Positions 32,692 to 41,326 are shown, numbered from the stretch's first letter. The stretch is 49,505 nucleotides of DNA from Candidatus Daviesbacteria bacterium (GCA_016183225.1 JACPEZ010000004.1:1-49505); one strand, 5' to 3'. Notes: a model not told the origin generated them from the letters alone. A program made the numbers and translations.

Positions 32692-33838
32692 GCTCCTGGT
32701 TTCTGAAGTAGGAAAAAAGTATATTTTGCCAGTTGGGATCATTTATATTGATATCCGGTTCCACGCCCCTACCTTCAATGGGCAGATTATCATCCCTCAA
32801 AGTAATGGAATGAACTAAAAACATGGAATATTTTTCCGCAGGATCAATCTGGGTTTGCAATGGAAAAACCCGCTCCACTGTCCCCCACCCTTTGGTTGGC
32901 ACTCCCACCACCACTCCGGTATGATATTTTTTTAAAGAAGCAGCCATCATTTCTGCAGATGACTGGGTGTTATTATCAACCAGTATCACCATCTGTTTAA
33001 ATTTGCTGATAACAGGTAATTTATCGGTTTGAGTTTTGAAGGGCAGATACTCCCCTTTTTTATAAAAATCAAAGCCGTATTGGCCTTTGCCCAGAAAAAA
33101 CCCCAGAAAATAAGCAGTGGCATCAATGGCCCCGCCCACATTGCCCCGCAAATCAAGAATTAAAGCTTGCATTCGGGAATTATCTTTGTAGGCCTCCAGA
33201 GCTTTTTGAAATTCATCCAATGAAGTAGGGGTAAACTTTTTAAACTGCAGATATAGAATTTGCGGGGTGGCCAGTTTGGTAAAAACAGCCGGCTCCACCC
33301 CTTTTTCATCATATCTTTGTTTTTGTTCGCTTTTACTTAAAACATCTTTGGCATAAATGATTGCCCTATCCTTTTTCAGCTCTTCCGGCATCTTCTCATA
33401 AGCTTGTTCTACTGCTTCTTGGGATGCTCCTTTACTCAACCCCAAGTCCTTGTATAAATCCTTTTCCGGATTGATATTTTCCACCGTATTTTTCAAAGCC
33501 ACTTCCTGTTTTTGGGTAAAAAGCCCGCTTCTGCCTTGGGGGCTTAAACTGGCCAGCACCGTGGAAGAAACAGTGACTGCCTGATCCTTGCTGATTTTTG
33601 CCGCTGTCTTGGCCAAATCTTCTCTGGTCTGGATTTTGTCTGCTTGGAGGGATAATCGAAAAAGCTCCAGAATTTGAGCGTCAGAGAGATTTTCCCAGTA
33701 ATTTTCTTTAATCTGGTCATAAATTTCCAAAACAAAAATCTGGCTGGGGTTTTGAGGGGCATTCTTAAAAAAGAAATAACCCGCTCCTGCACCCAGAACA
33801 AAAATTAACAAAATAACAAGAAGGATCTTTTTGAACAT
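32651..33838 (-). CDS. S41-family (C-terminal processing/Tsp-like) peptidase, membrane-anchored
   Basis: LILDLRGNVGGAID and VILVDNNTQSSAEMMAASLK (catalytic Ser/Lys region); N-terminal TM segment. Confidence 0.7.
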   Translation of the reverse strand: MFKKILLVILLIFVLGAGAGYFFFKNAPQNPSQIFVLEIYDQIKENYWENLSDAQILELFRLSLQADKIQTREDLAKTAAKISKDQAVTVSSTVLASLSPQGRSGLFTQKQEVALKNTVENINPEKDLYKDLGLSKGASQEAVEQAYEKMPEELKKDRAIIYAKDVLSKSEQKQRYDEKGVEPAVFTKLATPQILYLQFKKFTPTSLDEFQKALEAYKDNSRMQALILDLRGNVGGAIDATAYFLGFFLGKGQYGFDFYKKGEYLPFKTQTDKLPVISKFKQMVILVDNNTQSSAEMMAASLKKYHTGVVVGVPTKGWGTVERVFPLQTQIDPAEKYSMFLVHSITLRDDNLPIEGRGVEPDININDPNWQNILFSYFRNQELILAVKQSLLNLP

Positions 33839-33859
33839 TAAGTATTCTAGTATAATAGA

Positions 33860-34798
33860 ATGATGGATATTTTATCAATCATTTTAATAGTTGCGGGCTT
33901 GATTCTTTTTGAAACCATCACATCTGTTGATAATGCCATTATCAATGCCGATGTGCTATCCACCATGGGCAAGAAAGCCAGAAAATGGTTTTTGCTCTGG
34001 GGCATACTCATTGCCGTTTTTTTAATCAGGGGGGCTCTGCCCTGGCTTTTGGTTTGGGCTATCAATCCCGGCCTTGGGCCAATGGGTGCTTTGACTGCGG
34101 CCTTGAGCTCCGATCCAAAGGTAGTTGAGGCCATTGATAACTCCTCTCCCATGCTGCTGGCCGGAGGAGGAATTTTTATGGTTTTTATCTTTTTTCACTG
34201 GCTGTTTCTGGAACCCAAAAAATTTGGCCTTAAAGGCGAGCCTTTTTTTCAAAGACAGGGAGTATGGTTTTATGCTGTAGTGTCTATAATTTTAAGTTTG
34301 GTAGTCTGGTTTGCTCTACAGATAAATCCTTTAATGGCCTTCGGAGCAGTAGTGGGTTCTACTGCTTTTTTCATAGTGCACGGCTTTAAGGAAAATGCTG
34401 CCAAAATGGAGGAAAAACTGCTTGGCCAAAGCAACGGGCAAGGCGTGATTTCTACTTCAGATGCCAGTAAGATTTTTTATCTGGAAGTGCTGGACGGAAC
34501 TTTTTCCATAGACGGAGTGGTAGGGGCGTTTGCCTTTACTTTGTCAGTGCCTTTAATTTTGCTGGGTAATGGGTTTGGCGCCATAGTAGTTCGCCAGCTG
34601 ACAGTTGCCAATATAGACAGGATTAAAAAATATGCTTTCTTAAAAAACGGCGCCATGTATTCTATTTTTGTTCTGGGTATGATTATGCTGCTTGACAGTT
34701 TTGGTTTTCACATCCCATCCTGGCTTTCTCCCCTGGTCACCGCATCAATTGTAGGCTATTTCTTTCTAAAATCAAGAAAAGTTTTACCAGAAAATTAG
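33860..34798 (+). CDS. DUF475/TerC-like integral membrane protein
   Basis: ETITSVDNAIINADVL near the N-terminus and EVLDGTFSIDGVVGAFAF later; multiple TM segments. Confidence 0.6.
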   Translation: MMDILSIILIVAGLILFETITSVDNAIINADVLSTMGKKARKWFLLWGILIAVFLIRGALPWLLVWAINPGLGPMGALTAALSSDPKVVEAIDNSSPMLLAGGGIFMVFIFFHWLFLEPKKFGLKGEPFFQRQGVWFYAVVSIILSLVVWFALQINPLMAFGAVVGSTAFFIVHGFKENAAKMEEKLLGQSNGQGVISTSDASKIFYLEVLDGTFSIDGVVGAFAFTLSVPLILLGNGFGAIVVRQLTVANIDRIKKYAFLKNGAMYSIFVLGMIMLLDSFGFHIPSWLSPLVTASIVGYFFLKSRKVLPEN

Positions 34799-36424
34799 GT
34801 TCTTGGATTTTTGCTGGTATTGGGGGTTAAAGGGGGCGATTTGAGACATTAATAAATTGGCAGTTGGCGAGTCGGGAAAAACTTCCAGGGCTTTTTCAAT
34901 AAATTTTCTAGCGTTGTCCGTCTGTCCGGTATTTAGCAAAAACATCCCTATTCTAATATAGGATAGATGATTGTCAAACCGGAAAGCTTCGGGGATAATT
35001 TTTTCAGAAGTGATTTCATAAAGCCTTTTGTCCTCCAGAACGCTTTTCTTGACAAAAATTACCATGTAATCGTCAACAAAAGCGAGCGCGTAGCTGTCAT
35101 CACGGCTGATGGCCTGTAAAAAACTCCTGCCCCAGGGAGTTTGATCGGTATGGGAAAAAATAACTGTTTCAAGATTCAAGCTCTGTTCCAATGCCTTAAA
35201 TTTGGAATAGTCAGACTGGCTGGGGATGTAAACTTCCTGGAAAAACTTTTTGGGATAGGCTTCGGGCCGGCCGTCCACAAAAACTTTGTAAACCGGAAAA
35301 CCCCGGTAGATAATATATGACCCAATGTCAAAATTATTGTAAAAAGGCTGGGGCAGGTCATTATCCAGGGTAAAATCAACTGCCTCTTTGCCGCTTTCAA
35401 CAAGCTTTAAACCCGGCCGGTAGGATGAGTCCGTATATTTATAATAACTTCCTGTCAGATAAAAAATACTCTCGCCCAAAACAAGTACGGCAAACCCAAG
35501 AGAGATAAACTTTGATATTCTGACGGATGCGCTCATTTGCATGATGGCAGGTAAAGTAAGAAATACAAGATACGGGAAGCTGCGGACATTCAGCAAGGCT
35601 AAAGCCATTCCAAAAGATGCCAGCAGGATATTTTTCAGATCAAATCTTTTCCGCAGCAAACTGATCAGCAGTATCAGCCCGGCCAGACCGATTGACAGCT
35701 TAACAAACAGGAAATTTCTGTCTGCAAAATTAATGCTTTCCAGTAAAAACATGGTCTGGTTTTCCACAATGCTATAACCGTAGTTTTCGCTCACTTTCAG
35801 GGGATAAAGCAAGCCGTTTAGCCCCTGCGGATTGGCCAGACTGAAAACAATAGAAAGAATCAAAATAAGAACTCTAATTTGCACACCCTGGAGGTGTGCA
35901 AGCAGGAAAATGGCCTGCAGAGCCAGTCCTACAAAAAAATAGATGTGGGTGTTAATCCAAAGCAGTTGAATAAGAGGAAGCAAAAAAAGCAGCCGCGGAC
36001 GCCCCAAATTAAGAATATACAAAGTTAAAGCTGTAAACAGAAAACTGAAAATTTCCGGTCGCAGCTCCAGCCGCTCCCGCAAAACATGCAGAAAAATAAA
36101 TCCAATCGGCAAAAGAAGCGGATTGTTGATTTTTCTTATAATTAGCCAGACGGCAGAAAGAATAATCAGCACCTTCAGGATCAGCAACGCCTGCAAGCCA
36201 AAAGACTCCGAAAACCAATAGGCCATCACTCCGAAAAGCCAGTGGGTATTGACATACTTAAATTCGGGATTGGTAAAGGAAAATAGATTGGTTTTGGGGA
36301 TTGATCCTTCCTGCAGAATAATCTCCCCCATTTTCAGGTGTCTGCCCAAATCCTGATCAAAGGACAGGTCGCTTCTAAAAAGAAAGGCCAAGACAAAAAA
36401 GAGCAGTAAAATTTTTTGCCACAT
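34784..36424 (-). CDS. polytopic membrane protein with C-terminal TPR-like region (glycosyltransferase-39/ArnT-like is only a guess)
   Basis: More than 10 hydrophobic segments, then a soluble domain ending in a TPR-like helix pair (NARKFIEKALEVFPDSPTANLL). Confidence 0.45.
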   Translation of the reverse strand: MWQKILLLFFVLAFLFRSDLSFDQDLGRHLKMGEIILQEGSIPKTNLFSFTNPEFKYVNTHWLFGVMAYWFSESFGLQALLILKVLIILSAVWLIIRKINNPLLLPIGFIFLHVLRERLELRPEIFSFLFTALTLYILNLGRPRLLFLLPLIQLLWINTHIYFFVGLALQAIFLLAHLQGVQIRVLILILSIVFSLANPQGLNGLLYPLKVSENYGYSIVENQTMFLLESINFADRNFLFVKLSIGLAGLILLISLLRKRFDLKNILLASFGMALALLNVRSFPYLVFLTLPAIMQMSASVRISKFISLGFAVLVLGESIFYLTGSYYKYTDSSYRPGLKLVESGKEAVDFTLDNDLPQPFYNNFDIGSYIIYRGFPVYKVFVDGRPEAYPKKFFQEVYIPSQSDYSKFKALEQSLNLETVIFSHTDQTPWGRSFLQAISRDDSYALAFVDDYMVIFVKKSVLEDKRLYEITSEKIIPEAFRFDNHLSYIRIGMFLLNTGQTDNARKFIEKALEVFPDSPTANLLMSQIAPFNPQYQQKSKNLIFW

Positions 36425-36426
36425 AT

Positions 36427-37131
36427 TTAATATCCCGTAAAATTCTCAATACTAATATTTTCAATGTCCACACCGGCTTCAAGAAGGGCTTTCTGGACAG
36501 CTTCCACCATGGGTGGCGGGCCAACTACAAAATAAAGATTTTCATTTAAGTCGGGAAAGTATTCTTTGATAAATCCCGCATCTATTTTTCTTTTCTCCCC
36601 CGACCAGTCGGGGTCTTCAGTCATTGTCAGGATTAATTTGAAATTTGACATTTGAGCTTTGAAATTCGCCAGTTCCTGTAAGTAAGCACTGGATGATGAA
36701 TCCCTATTTGAATAAACCAGTGTGATACGGTATGGCAGCTTGTTTTCCGCCGCATATTTTAGCATGCTCATGTAAGGGGTAATGCCGATGCCTCCGGCTA
36801 TAAAAACCAGGGGTTTTGCCGTGTCATCCGGCAGCACAAATGATCCGGAAATTGATCCCAGCTCAACTTCCGCGCCCACAGGCAACTCTTTTAATGATTT
36901 TTTAAAGCCTGAATCCCGCAGTCTGGTAGCAATTGTGATAATTCCTTTCTCGTCAGGAGAGTTGACTATGGAAAAATGTCTTTTGCTTGAGCGCTCGTCA
37001 AAATATGGCGGGTTTATCAGAGTCACAAAAACATATTGGCCTGCTTTAAAGGTAAACGGCTCGGCAGCGGCAAAAGTTACTTGCAGTGTTCCCGTAGCTA
37101 TTTCCTTTTTGTCGATAATTTTACCCTTCAT
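36427..37131 (-). CDS. ferredoxin-NADP reductase-like FAD/NAD(P)-binding oxidoreductase
   Basis: RHFSIVNSP (RxYS-type FAD motif) and FIAGGIGITP (NAD(P) motif). The start is set at MKGKIIDKK. The ORF track extends to 37209, which overlaps the fic promoter. Confidence 0.7.
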   Translation of the reverse strand: MKGKIIDKKEIATGTLQVTFAAAEPFTFKAGQYVFVTLINPPYFDERSSKRHFSIVNSPDEKGIITIATRLRDSGFKKSLKELPVGAEVELGSISGSFVLPDDTAKPLVFIAGGIGITPYMSMLKYAAENKLPYRITLVYSNRDSSSSAYLQELANFKAQMSNFKLILTMTEDPDWSGEKRKIDAGFIKEYFPDLNENLYFVVGPPPMVEAVQKALLEAGVDIENISIENFTGY

Positions 37132-37162
37132 ACGCGATAGAATGCGCGATTTTTGCGCTATT
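37132..37162. repeat. array of three 11-bp units (consensus tTGCGCGATnn) upstream of fic
   Basis: ACGCGATAGAA TGCGCGATTTT TGCGCTATT; 23 of 31 positions are identical to 38237-38267. Confidence 0.8.
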
Positions 37163-37188
37163 ATATGATATAATGCTATCATAAACTT

Positions 37189-38322
37189 ATGTTTGAGCCA
37201 AGATATCAAATCAGCCCCAAAACTTTATCCAACATGACCGGGATTGCCGAAATCAAGGCAGTGGTGGAGCGCTCCCGGGTGCTTCCTCTTAACGAGGCCC
37301 AGCTTCGCCGTCAGGCCATTTTGCGCATGGCCCATACTTCCACTTCGATCGAGGGAAATAAACTGGCCGAGTTTGAGGTGGGAAAAGTGCTGGAGGGAAA
37401 ATCCGTCAGAGCTTCACAAAAAGATGTTCTAGAGGTAGAAAACTACTATCAGGCCTTAAAAATTTTGGAAGATATGGCTAAAATAAAAAAAGATATCAGT
37501 CCGGATGAAATTTTAAGGCTTCATAAAATAGTCATCGAAGGTTTGGTGGAAAAGGAAAAAACCGCCAAATTCAGGCCGTCTGATGTTTATGTGCTGGATG
37601 ATTTGGGCGACGGACGTGAAATGCTGCGGTTTAAGGCCCCTCCTGCCTCATCTGTTGCTAAACTCATTAAGGATCTGCTGGATTGGCTAAAACAATCCAA
37701 AAAAGACAGAATACATCCCATTATTAGGGCGGGAATTTTGCATTTGCAGTTTGTGACCATCCATCCTTTTACCGACGGCAATGGTCGGGTGGCCAGGCTG
37801 CTGACCCAACTTCAGCTTTACCGGGATAACTGGGATTTTAGAAAAATTCTGGTGTTGGAAGATTATTACAATCGGGACAGATTATCTTATTACAAAGCGG
37901 AAAATCTGGCCCAGGGGAAACAATATGAAAAAGATATGGATTTTTCCGGCTGGCTGGAATACTTCACCACCGGTTTTCTGATTGAGGCCAGGAAAGCCTT
38001 GGAACAAATCCAATCCATCGGTTTTGGCAGGATTTCCAAAAAGAGCGAGCAGGTTTTTCTGGACCGGGATGAAATTCTAATCATGGATTTTTTAACGACT
38101 ACCGGCAGAATTACTTCGGATGATGTAACGGATATTTTAAAAGTGGCCAAACGTTCAGCCCAGCTAAAACTTAAAAAATTAGTTGATAATGGTTTGGTTA
38201 AACCGCAGGGCAAGGGTCCCAGTACGTATTATGTCATTGCGATAACTTGCGCGATTATTGCGCGATCTGCCACCTTTCAGGAGTCTCCCTCGACTCCGCT
38301 CGGGACAAGAAAGCTCACCTGA
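37189..38322 (+). CDS. Fic/DOC-family protein with N-terminal inhibitory helix motif and C-terminal winged-helix domain
   Basis: HPFTDGNGRVARLL (Fic motif HxFx[D/E]GNGRxxR), TSTSIEGN ([S/T]xxxE[G/N] auto-inhibition motif), and a wHTH-like C-terminus ...GKGPSTYYVIA, followed by a repeat-derived tail. Confidence 0.85.
   Translation: MFEPRYQISPKTLSNMTGIAEIKAVVERSRVLPLNEAQLRRQAILRMAHTSTSIEGNKLAEFEVGKVLEGKSVRASQKDVLEVENYYQALKILEDMAKIKKDISPDEILRLHKIVIEGLVEKEKTAKFRPSDVYVLDDLGDGREMLRFKAPPASSVAKLIKDLLDWLKQSKKDRIHPIIRAGILHLQFVTIHPFTDGNGRVARLLTQLQLYRDNWDFRKILVLEDYYNRDRLSYYKAENLAQGKQYEKDMDFSGWLEYFTTGFLIEARKALEQIQSIGFGRISKKSEQVFLDRDEILIMDFLTTTGRITSDDVTDILKVAKRSAQLKLKKLVDNGLVKPQGKGPSTYYVIAITCAIIARSATFQESPSTPLGTRKLT
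38237..38267. repeat. second array of three 11-bp units (tTGCGCGATnn) at the 3' end of fic
   Basis: TTGCGATAACT TGCGCGATTAT TGCGCGATC; a direct repeat of 37132-37162. Confidence 0.8.
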
Positions 38323-38343
38323 AAGGTGTTTTAAAACAGCCTC

Positions 38344-38372
38344 TTGCATTTAAGTTTTTGTAATGAGATAAT
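38344..38372 (+). promoter_or_regulatory. sigma70-like promoter of the RRM gene (TTGCAT-N17-GATAAT)
   Basis: Hexamers at 38344-38349 and 38367-38372, leaving a leader of about 85 nt. Confidence 0.4.
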
Positions 38373-38457
38373 ACTTGTAGAGTGTGTAGAGTGTATTTTT
38401 CAGTTTCACTGTAAGTCACCTCACATAAGTAAAGAAAAGAAAGTGGGGTGATTTATT

Positions 38458-38718
38458 TTGAATAACAAAAAGTTATTTGTTGGCTCCCTTCCGTGGGGCG
38501 TTGACGACGCCAAACTGGCTCAAATTTTTTCCCAGGCCGGAACAGTAGTTTCCGCTCAAGTGGTAAAAGACAGAGACACAGGCAGATCCAGAGGTTTTGG
38601 ATTTGTGGAAATGTCAAGCGACGAGGAAGCTCAAAACGCAGTCAACAATCTAAACGGCACAGATGTTGACGGTCGCAAGATCGTTGTTAACATTGCCCGT
38701 CCTCGAGAAGATCGATAA
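38458..38718 (+). CDS. RRM-type RNA-binding protein
   Basis: RNP2 LFVGSL and RNP1 RGFGFVEM; 86 aa; TTG start after GTGGGGTGA. Confidence 0.85.
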   Translation: MNNKKLFVGSLPWGVDDAKLAQIFSQAGTVVSAQVVKDRDTGRSRGFGFVEMSSDEEAQNAVNNLNGTDVDGRKIVVNIARPREDR

Positions 38719-38841
38719 TTTTCCATTTGATTTGGTAAAATGATTTCGATGATTTTTTGCAGGTAAAAATTTCCTATACGGAATTTCCTGAAGTTTGGTT
38801 GTGGTTAAATTCCGGGTTGTGATTCCTTCAACCTGTCAATG

Positions 38842-38913
38842 TCGGGGTGAGAGGAATTGAACCTCCTGCTTCTCGGTCCCAAACCGAGCGTTCTACCGAT
38901 GAACTACACCCCG
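38842..38913 (-). tRNA. tRNA-Pro(UGG)
   Basis: The reverse complement reads CGGGGTG-TA-GTTC-ATCGGTA-GAAC-G-CTCGG-TTTGGGA-CCGAG-AAGCA-GGAGG-TTCAATT-CCTCT-CACCCCG-A. Confidence 0.85.
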
Positions 38914-38926
38914 CCTTCGCCAAGGC

Positions 38927-38948
38927 TATGGCGGATGCATCCGCCATA
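38927..38948. repeat. perfect 22-bp palindrome between tRNA-Pro and tRNA-Leu
   Basis: TATGGCGGATG|CATCCGCCATA, read directly. Confidence 0.9.
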
Positions 38949-38950
38949 AG

Positions 38951-39032
38951 TGCCGCGAGTGGGACTCGAACCCACACCCCTTGCGGGACTTGCTCTTAAG
39001 GCAAGCGCGTATGCCAATTCCGCCACCGCGGC
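38951..39032 (-). tRNA. tRNA-Leu(UAA), type II
   Basis: The reverse complement reads GCCGCGG-TG-GCGGAATTGGCATACGC-G-CTTGC-CTTAAGA-GCAAG, a long variable arm, GTGGG-TTCGAGT-CCCAC, T-CGCGGC-A. Confidence 0.85.
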
Positions 39033-39161
39033 AACCTGTCTATTTTACCAAAAATTTTGGGGGGTTGACATAACCAAATTTTAGGGGGACAATAAACATG
39101 AAATCTCTAATTCCACAGACGGGTAAAGGGATTTTTTTGTTGGAAAAAGGAGGATTTTACT

Positions 39162-39575
39162 ATGTCTAGAACATTTGTCCCTTTGGAAAAAGTATCCTTC
39201 AAGCTCATCAAATGGGTGGGGACTCCCTACTCTATAATTTTCCACACTCTTTTATTTCTGGTGGTTCCCGCTTTGGCTTTGCTGGGTTTTGAACTGCGTT
39301 CAATACTTTTAATGTTTACCACCTGGTTGTCTATTGAAGCCATTTATCTGGCCATATTTATTCAAATGTCTGTCAACAGGAACACGGAAAGTCTGGAGGA
39401 AGTGGAAGAGGATATTGAGGATATTCAGGAAGAAACCTCCGAAGAAGAGGAAGCTCACAAAGTCCTGCTGCATATTGGACATCAAATGAGAACTATCCAG
39501 CACGATCTTGATGTTTTGAAAAAAAGCGGAGTTTTAAAAGTAAACGGCAATGGTCAGCGTCACATTCACGCTTGA
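39162..39575 (+). CDS. two-TM membrane protein with acidic coiled-coil tail (DUF1003-like; weak call)
   Basis: WLSIEAIYLAIFIQMSVNRN resembles the DUF1003 ..S..A......ImmSQNRq motif. GGAGG precedes the ATG. Confidence 0.5.
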   Translation: MSRTFVPLEKVSFKLIKWVGTPYSIIFHTLLFLVVPALALLGFELRSILLMFTTWLSIEAIYLAIFIQMSVNRNTESLEEVEEDIEDIQEETSEEEEAHKVLLHIGHQMRTIQHDLDVLKKSGVLKVNGNGQRHIHA

Positions 39576-39581
39576 GGGGGT

Positions 39582-39986
39582 TTACCTCCACGCTCCCAGA
39601 ACTGCTCCTATCACCAGAAGTCCTGTCAGATGGTGGCCGGTTTGAACCAAAAACAGTTCAAAAGGCTTTCTGGAGAATAAATGATTGCCCAGCCCGGCCG
39701 GCATGACAAAGCCCAGCCAGGCCCACAAACCGGTTTTGGCTCCCAGTATCCAGCCGGTTGCCCCGGCATAATGGATAAATAAAGAGAGGATGTAGGCAGA
39801 AATTAAAGTGGTCGCAAACATCAAGCCGAACTTTCCGGCCATGCCTGATTTGTCCGGTTTATTCTTATCCAATCCTTCCAACCTCATCCATCGCTTGCCA
39901 AAAACAGTTTCCGAATACCACAGAAAACCCACTCCCATGGCTGCTACGGCGGAAACCACCACTGCTGTTAAATTAACCGGTATCAT
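39582..39986 (-). CDS. DUF1761-family membrane protein
   Basis: MIPVNLTAVVVSAVAAMGVGFLWYSETVFGKRWMRL matches the DUF1761 N-terminus. The ORF-track extension to 40160 runs antisense through tRNA-Gly, so it is discarded. Confidence 0.65.
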   Translation of the reverse strand: MIPVNLTAVVVSAVAAMGVGFLWYSETVFGKRWMRLEGLDKNKPDKSGMAGKFGLMFATTLISAYILSLFIHYAGATGWILGAKTGLWAWLGFVMPAGLGNHLFSRKPFELFLVQTGHHLTGLLVIGAVLGAWR

Positions 39987-40059
39987 GTTCCTGCTTTGAG
40001 AATAAGCTTTATTAAGTTCCTTGTCAAGCAGGCATTTTTTAGTTAAAATACTATGGAAT

Positions 40060-40130
40060 GCGGGATTAGTTGAGCGGTCCAACATCTGCTTTCCAAGCAG
40101 AGAAGAGGGGTTCGACTCCCCTATCCCGCT
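40060..40130 (+). tRNA. tRNA-Gly(UCC)
   Basis: Reads GCGGGAT-TA-GTTG-AGCGGTC-CAAC-A-TCTGC-TTTCCAA-GCAGA-GAAG-AGGGG-TTCGACT-CCCCT-ATCCCGC-T. Confidence 0.85.
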
Positions 40131-40154
40131 CTTTGAGGAAGGGTGGCGATCGTC

Positions 40155-40173
40155 TTCCACCCGAAAGGTGGAA
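40155..40173. repeat. 19-nt perfect hairpin TTCCACC-CGAAA-GGTGGAA (copy 1)
   Basis: Identical 19-mer at 46040-46058. The upstream GGTGGCG..TC..T context is also shared. Confidence 0.9.
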
Positions 40174-40174
40174 A

Positions 40175-41326
40175 GTGATTAAAAAAGATTTTATTTATGT
40201 AGGCATAATTTTGTTGCTTATTTTTTTGGCAATATTTTATCTGCAGAAAAATCAGCAGAGACCTCAACCTCAAGAAGCACCTATTACAGCCTATGATGCA
40301 GACCGGGAAAAATATGACTGGAACATCACAGAGGTTGCTACTAACTTGGAAGTCCCTTGGGATATGGCTCTTGCCCCAAACAAGGATATTTTCATTACCG
40401 AACGACCGGGCAGGTTAAAAATTTTAACCAAAAATGGTGAAGTTAAAACAGTTGCCAGTTTGCCTCAAGTGGCTTCTGTGGGTGAAAGCGGTCTAACCGG
40501 TTTGGCACTTCACCCTGATTTTTCCAAAAACGGCTATATTTATCTTTATTATACCTACAGGAAAAGCGGGGGGATTTTCAACAGAGTTTCACGCTTTATC
40601 TATAAAAATACTCAAATTTCCGATGAAACAATTATTTTGGATCAACTTCCCGGCGGGGTGATACATAACGGGGGCAGGTTGCGATTTGGTCCTGATAAAA
40701 AGCTCTGGGTTTTAACAGGCGACGGGGCAAAGCCGGATACTGCCCAGAATATGGAGTCTTTGGGAGGCAAGGTGTTAAGGATCAATGATAACGGTTCTGT
40801 TCCTTCGGATAATCCCGTTAAGGGATCCTTAATTTATTCCCTGGGCCACAGAAATCCTCAAGGACTGGACTTTCACCCGTTAACCGAAGAGATTTTGGTA
40901 ACGGAACACGGTGAAACTGCTCATGATGAAATAAATTTAATTAAACCAAAAGCAAATTATGGCTGGCCAATTGTCAAAAAATGCTTTTCCGACAATCCTC
41001 AATATGCCTCCCCCATACTTTGTTCCGAAGAACAAACCTATGCACCATCAGGCAGTGCGTTTATCGGTTCAAAAATCTGGAGACTTCGCGACTCATTTTT
41101 CTTTGCCGGACTGCGGGGACAACTGCTGGAGCGCCTGGAGATCATAAACGGACAGGTGACTGCCCGCGAAACTGTTGTTAAAGATCAATACGGCAGACTG
41201 CGTGGAGTATTGGCAGATCCAAAAGAAGGCGTTTTGTATGTCTCCACTTCCAATCGCGACGGCCGCGGCAACCCCAAAACAGGTGATGATAAAATCCTCA
41301 AAATCCAGCCTAAACTTGTTAATTGA
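40175..41326 (+). CDS. PQQ-dependent sugar dehydrogenase (soluble aldose/sorbosone dehydrogenase, YliI-like), membrane-anchored
   Basis: GLTGLALHPDF..NGYIYLYYT, HNGGRLRFGPD, GHRNPQGLDFHP, EHGETAHDEINLI..ANYGWP. An in-frame GTG at 40175 is chosen because the ORF-track start at 40070 lies inside tRNA-Gly. Confidence 0.75.
   Translation: MIKKDFIYVGIILLLIFLAIFYLQKNQQRPQPQEAPITAYDADREKYDWNITEVATNLEVPWDMALAPNKDIFITERPGRLKILTKNGEVKTVASLPQVASVGESGLTGLALHPDFSKNGYIYLYYTYRKSGGIFNRVSRFIYKNTQISDETIILDQLPGGVIHNGGRLRFGPDKKLWVLTGDGAKPDTAQNMESLGGKVLRINDNGSVPSDNPVKGSLIYSLGHRNPQGLDFHPLTEEILVTEHGETAHDEINLIKPKANYGWPIVKKCFSDNPQYASPILCSEEQTYAPSGSAFIGSKIWRLRDSFFFAGLRGQLLERLEIINGQVTARETVVKDQYGRLRGVLADPKEGVLYVSTSNRDGRGNPKTGDDKILKIQPKLVN

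Noticed and set aside
36782-37168. 128-aa plus-strand ORF
   Set aside because: It is antisense to the FNR-like oxidoreductase gene, whose motifs support the minus frame.
39098-39169. 23-codon upstream ORF (MKSLIPQTGKGIFLLEKGGFYYV) overlapping the start of ORF 39162..39575
   Set aside because: It could be a leader peptide, but there is no supporting structure or conservation evidence, and it is too short to call.
40070-40174. Upstream part of ORF 40070..41326, and minus-strand ORF 39987..40160
   Set aside because: Both run through tRNA-Gly(UCC) at 40060-40130. The internal starts (GTG 40175 and ATG 39986) give proteins with proper N-terminal anchors.
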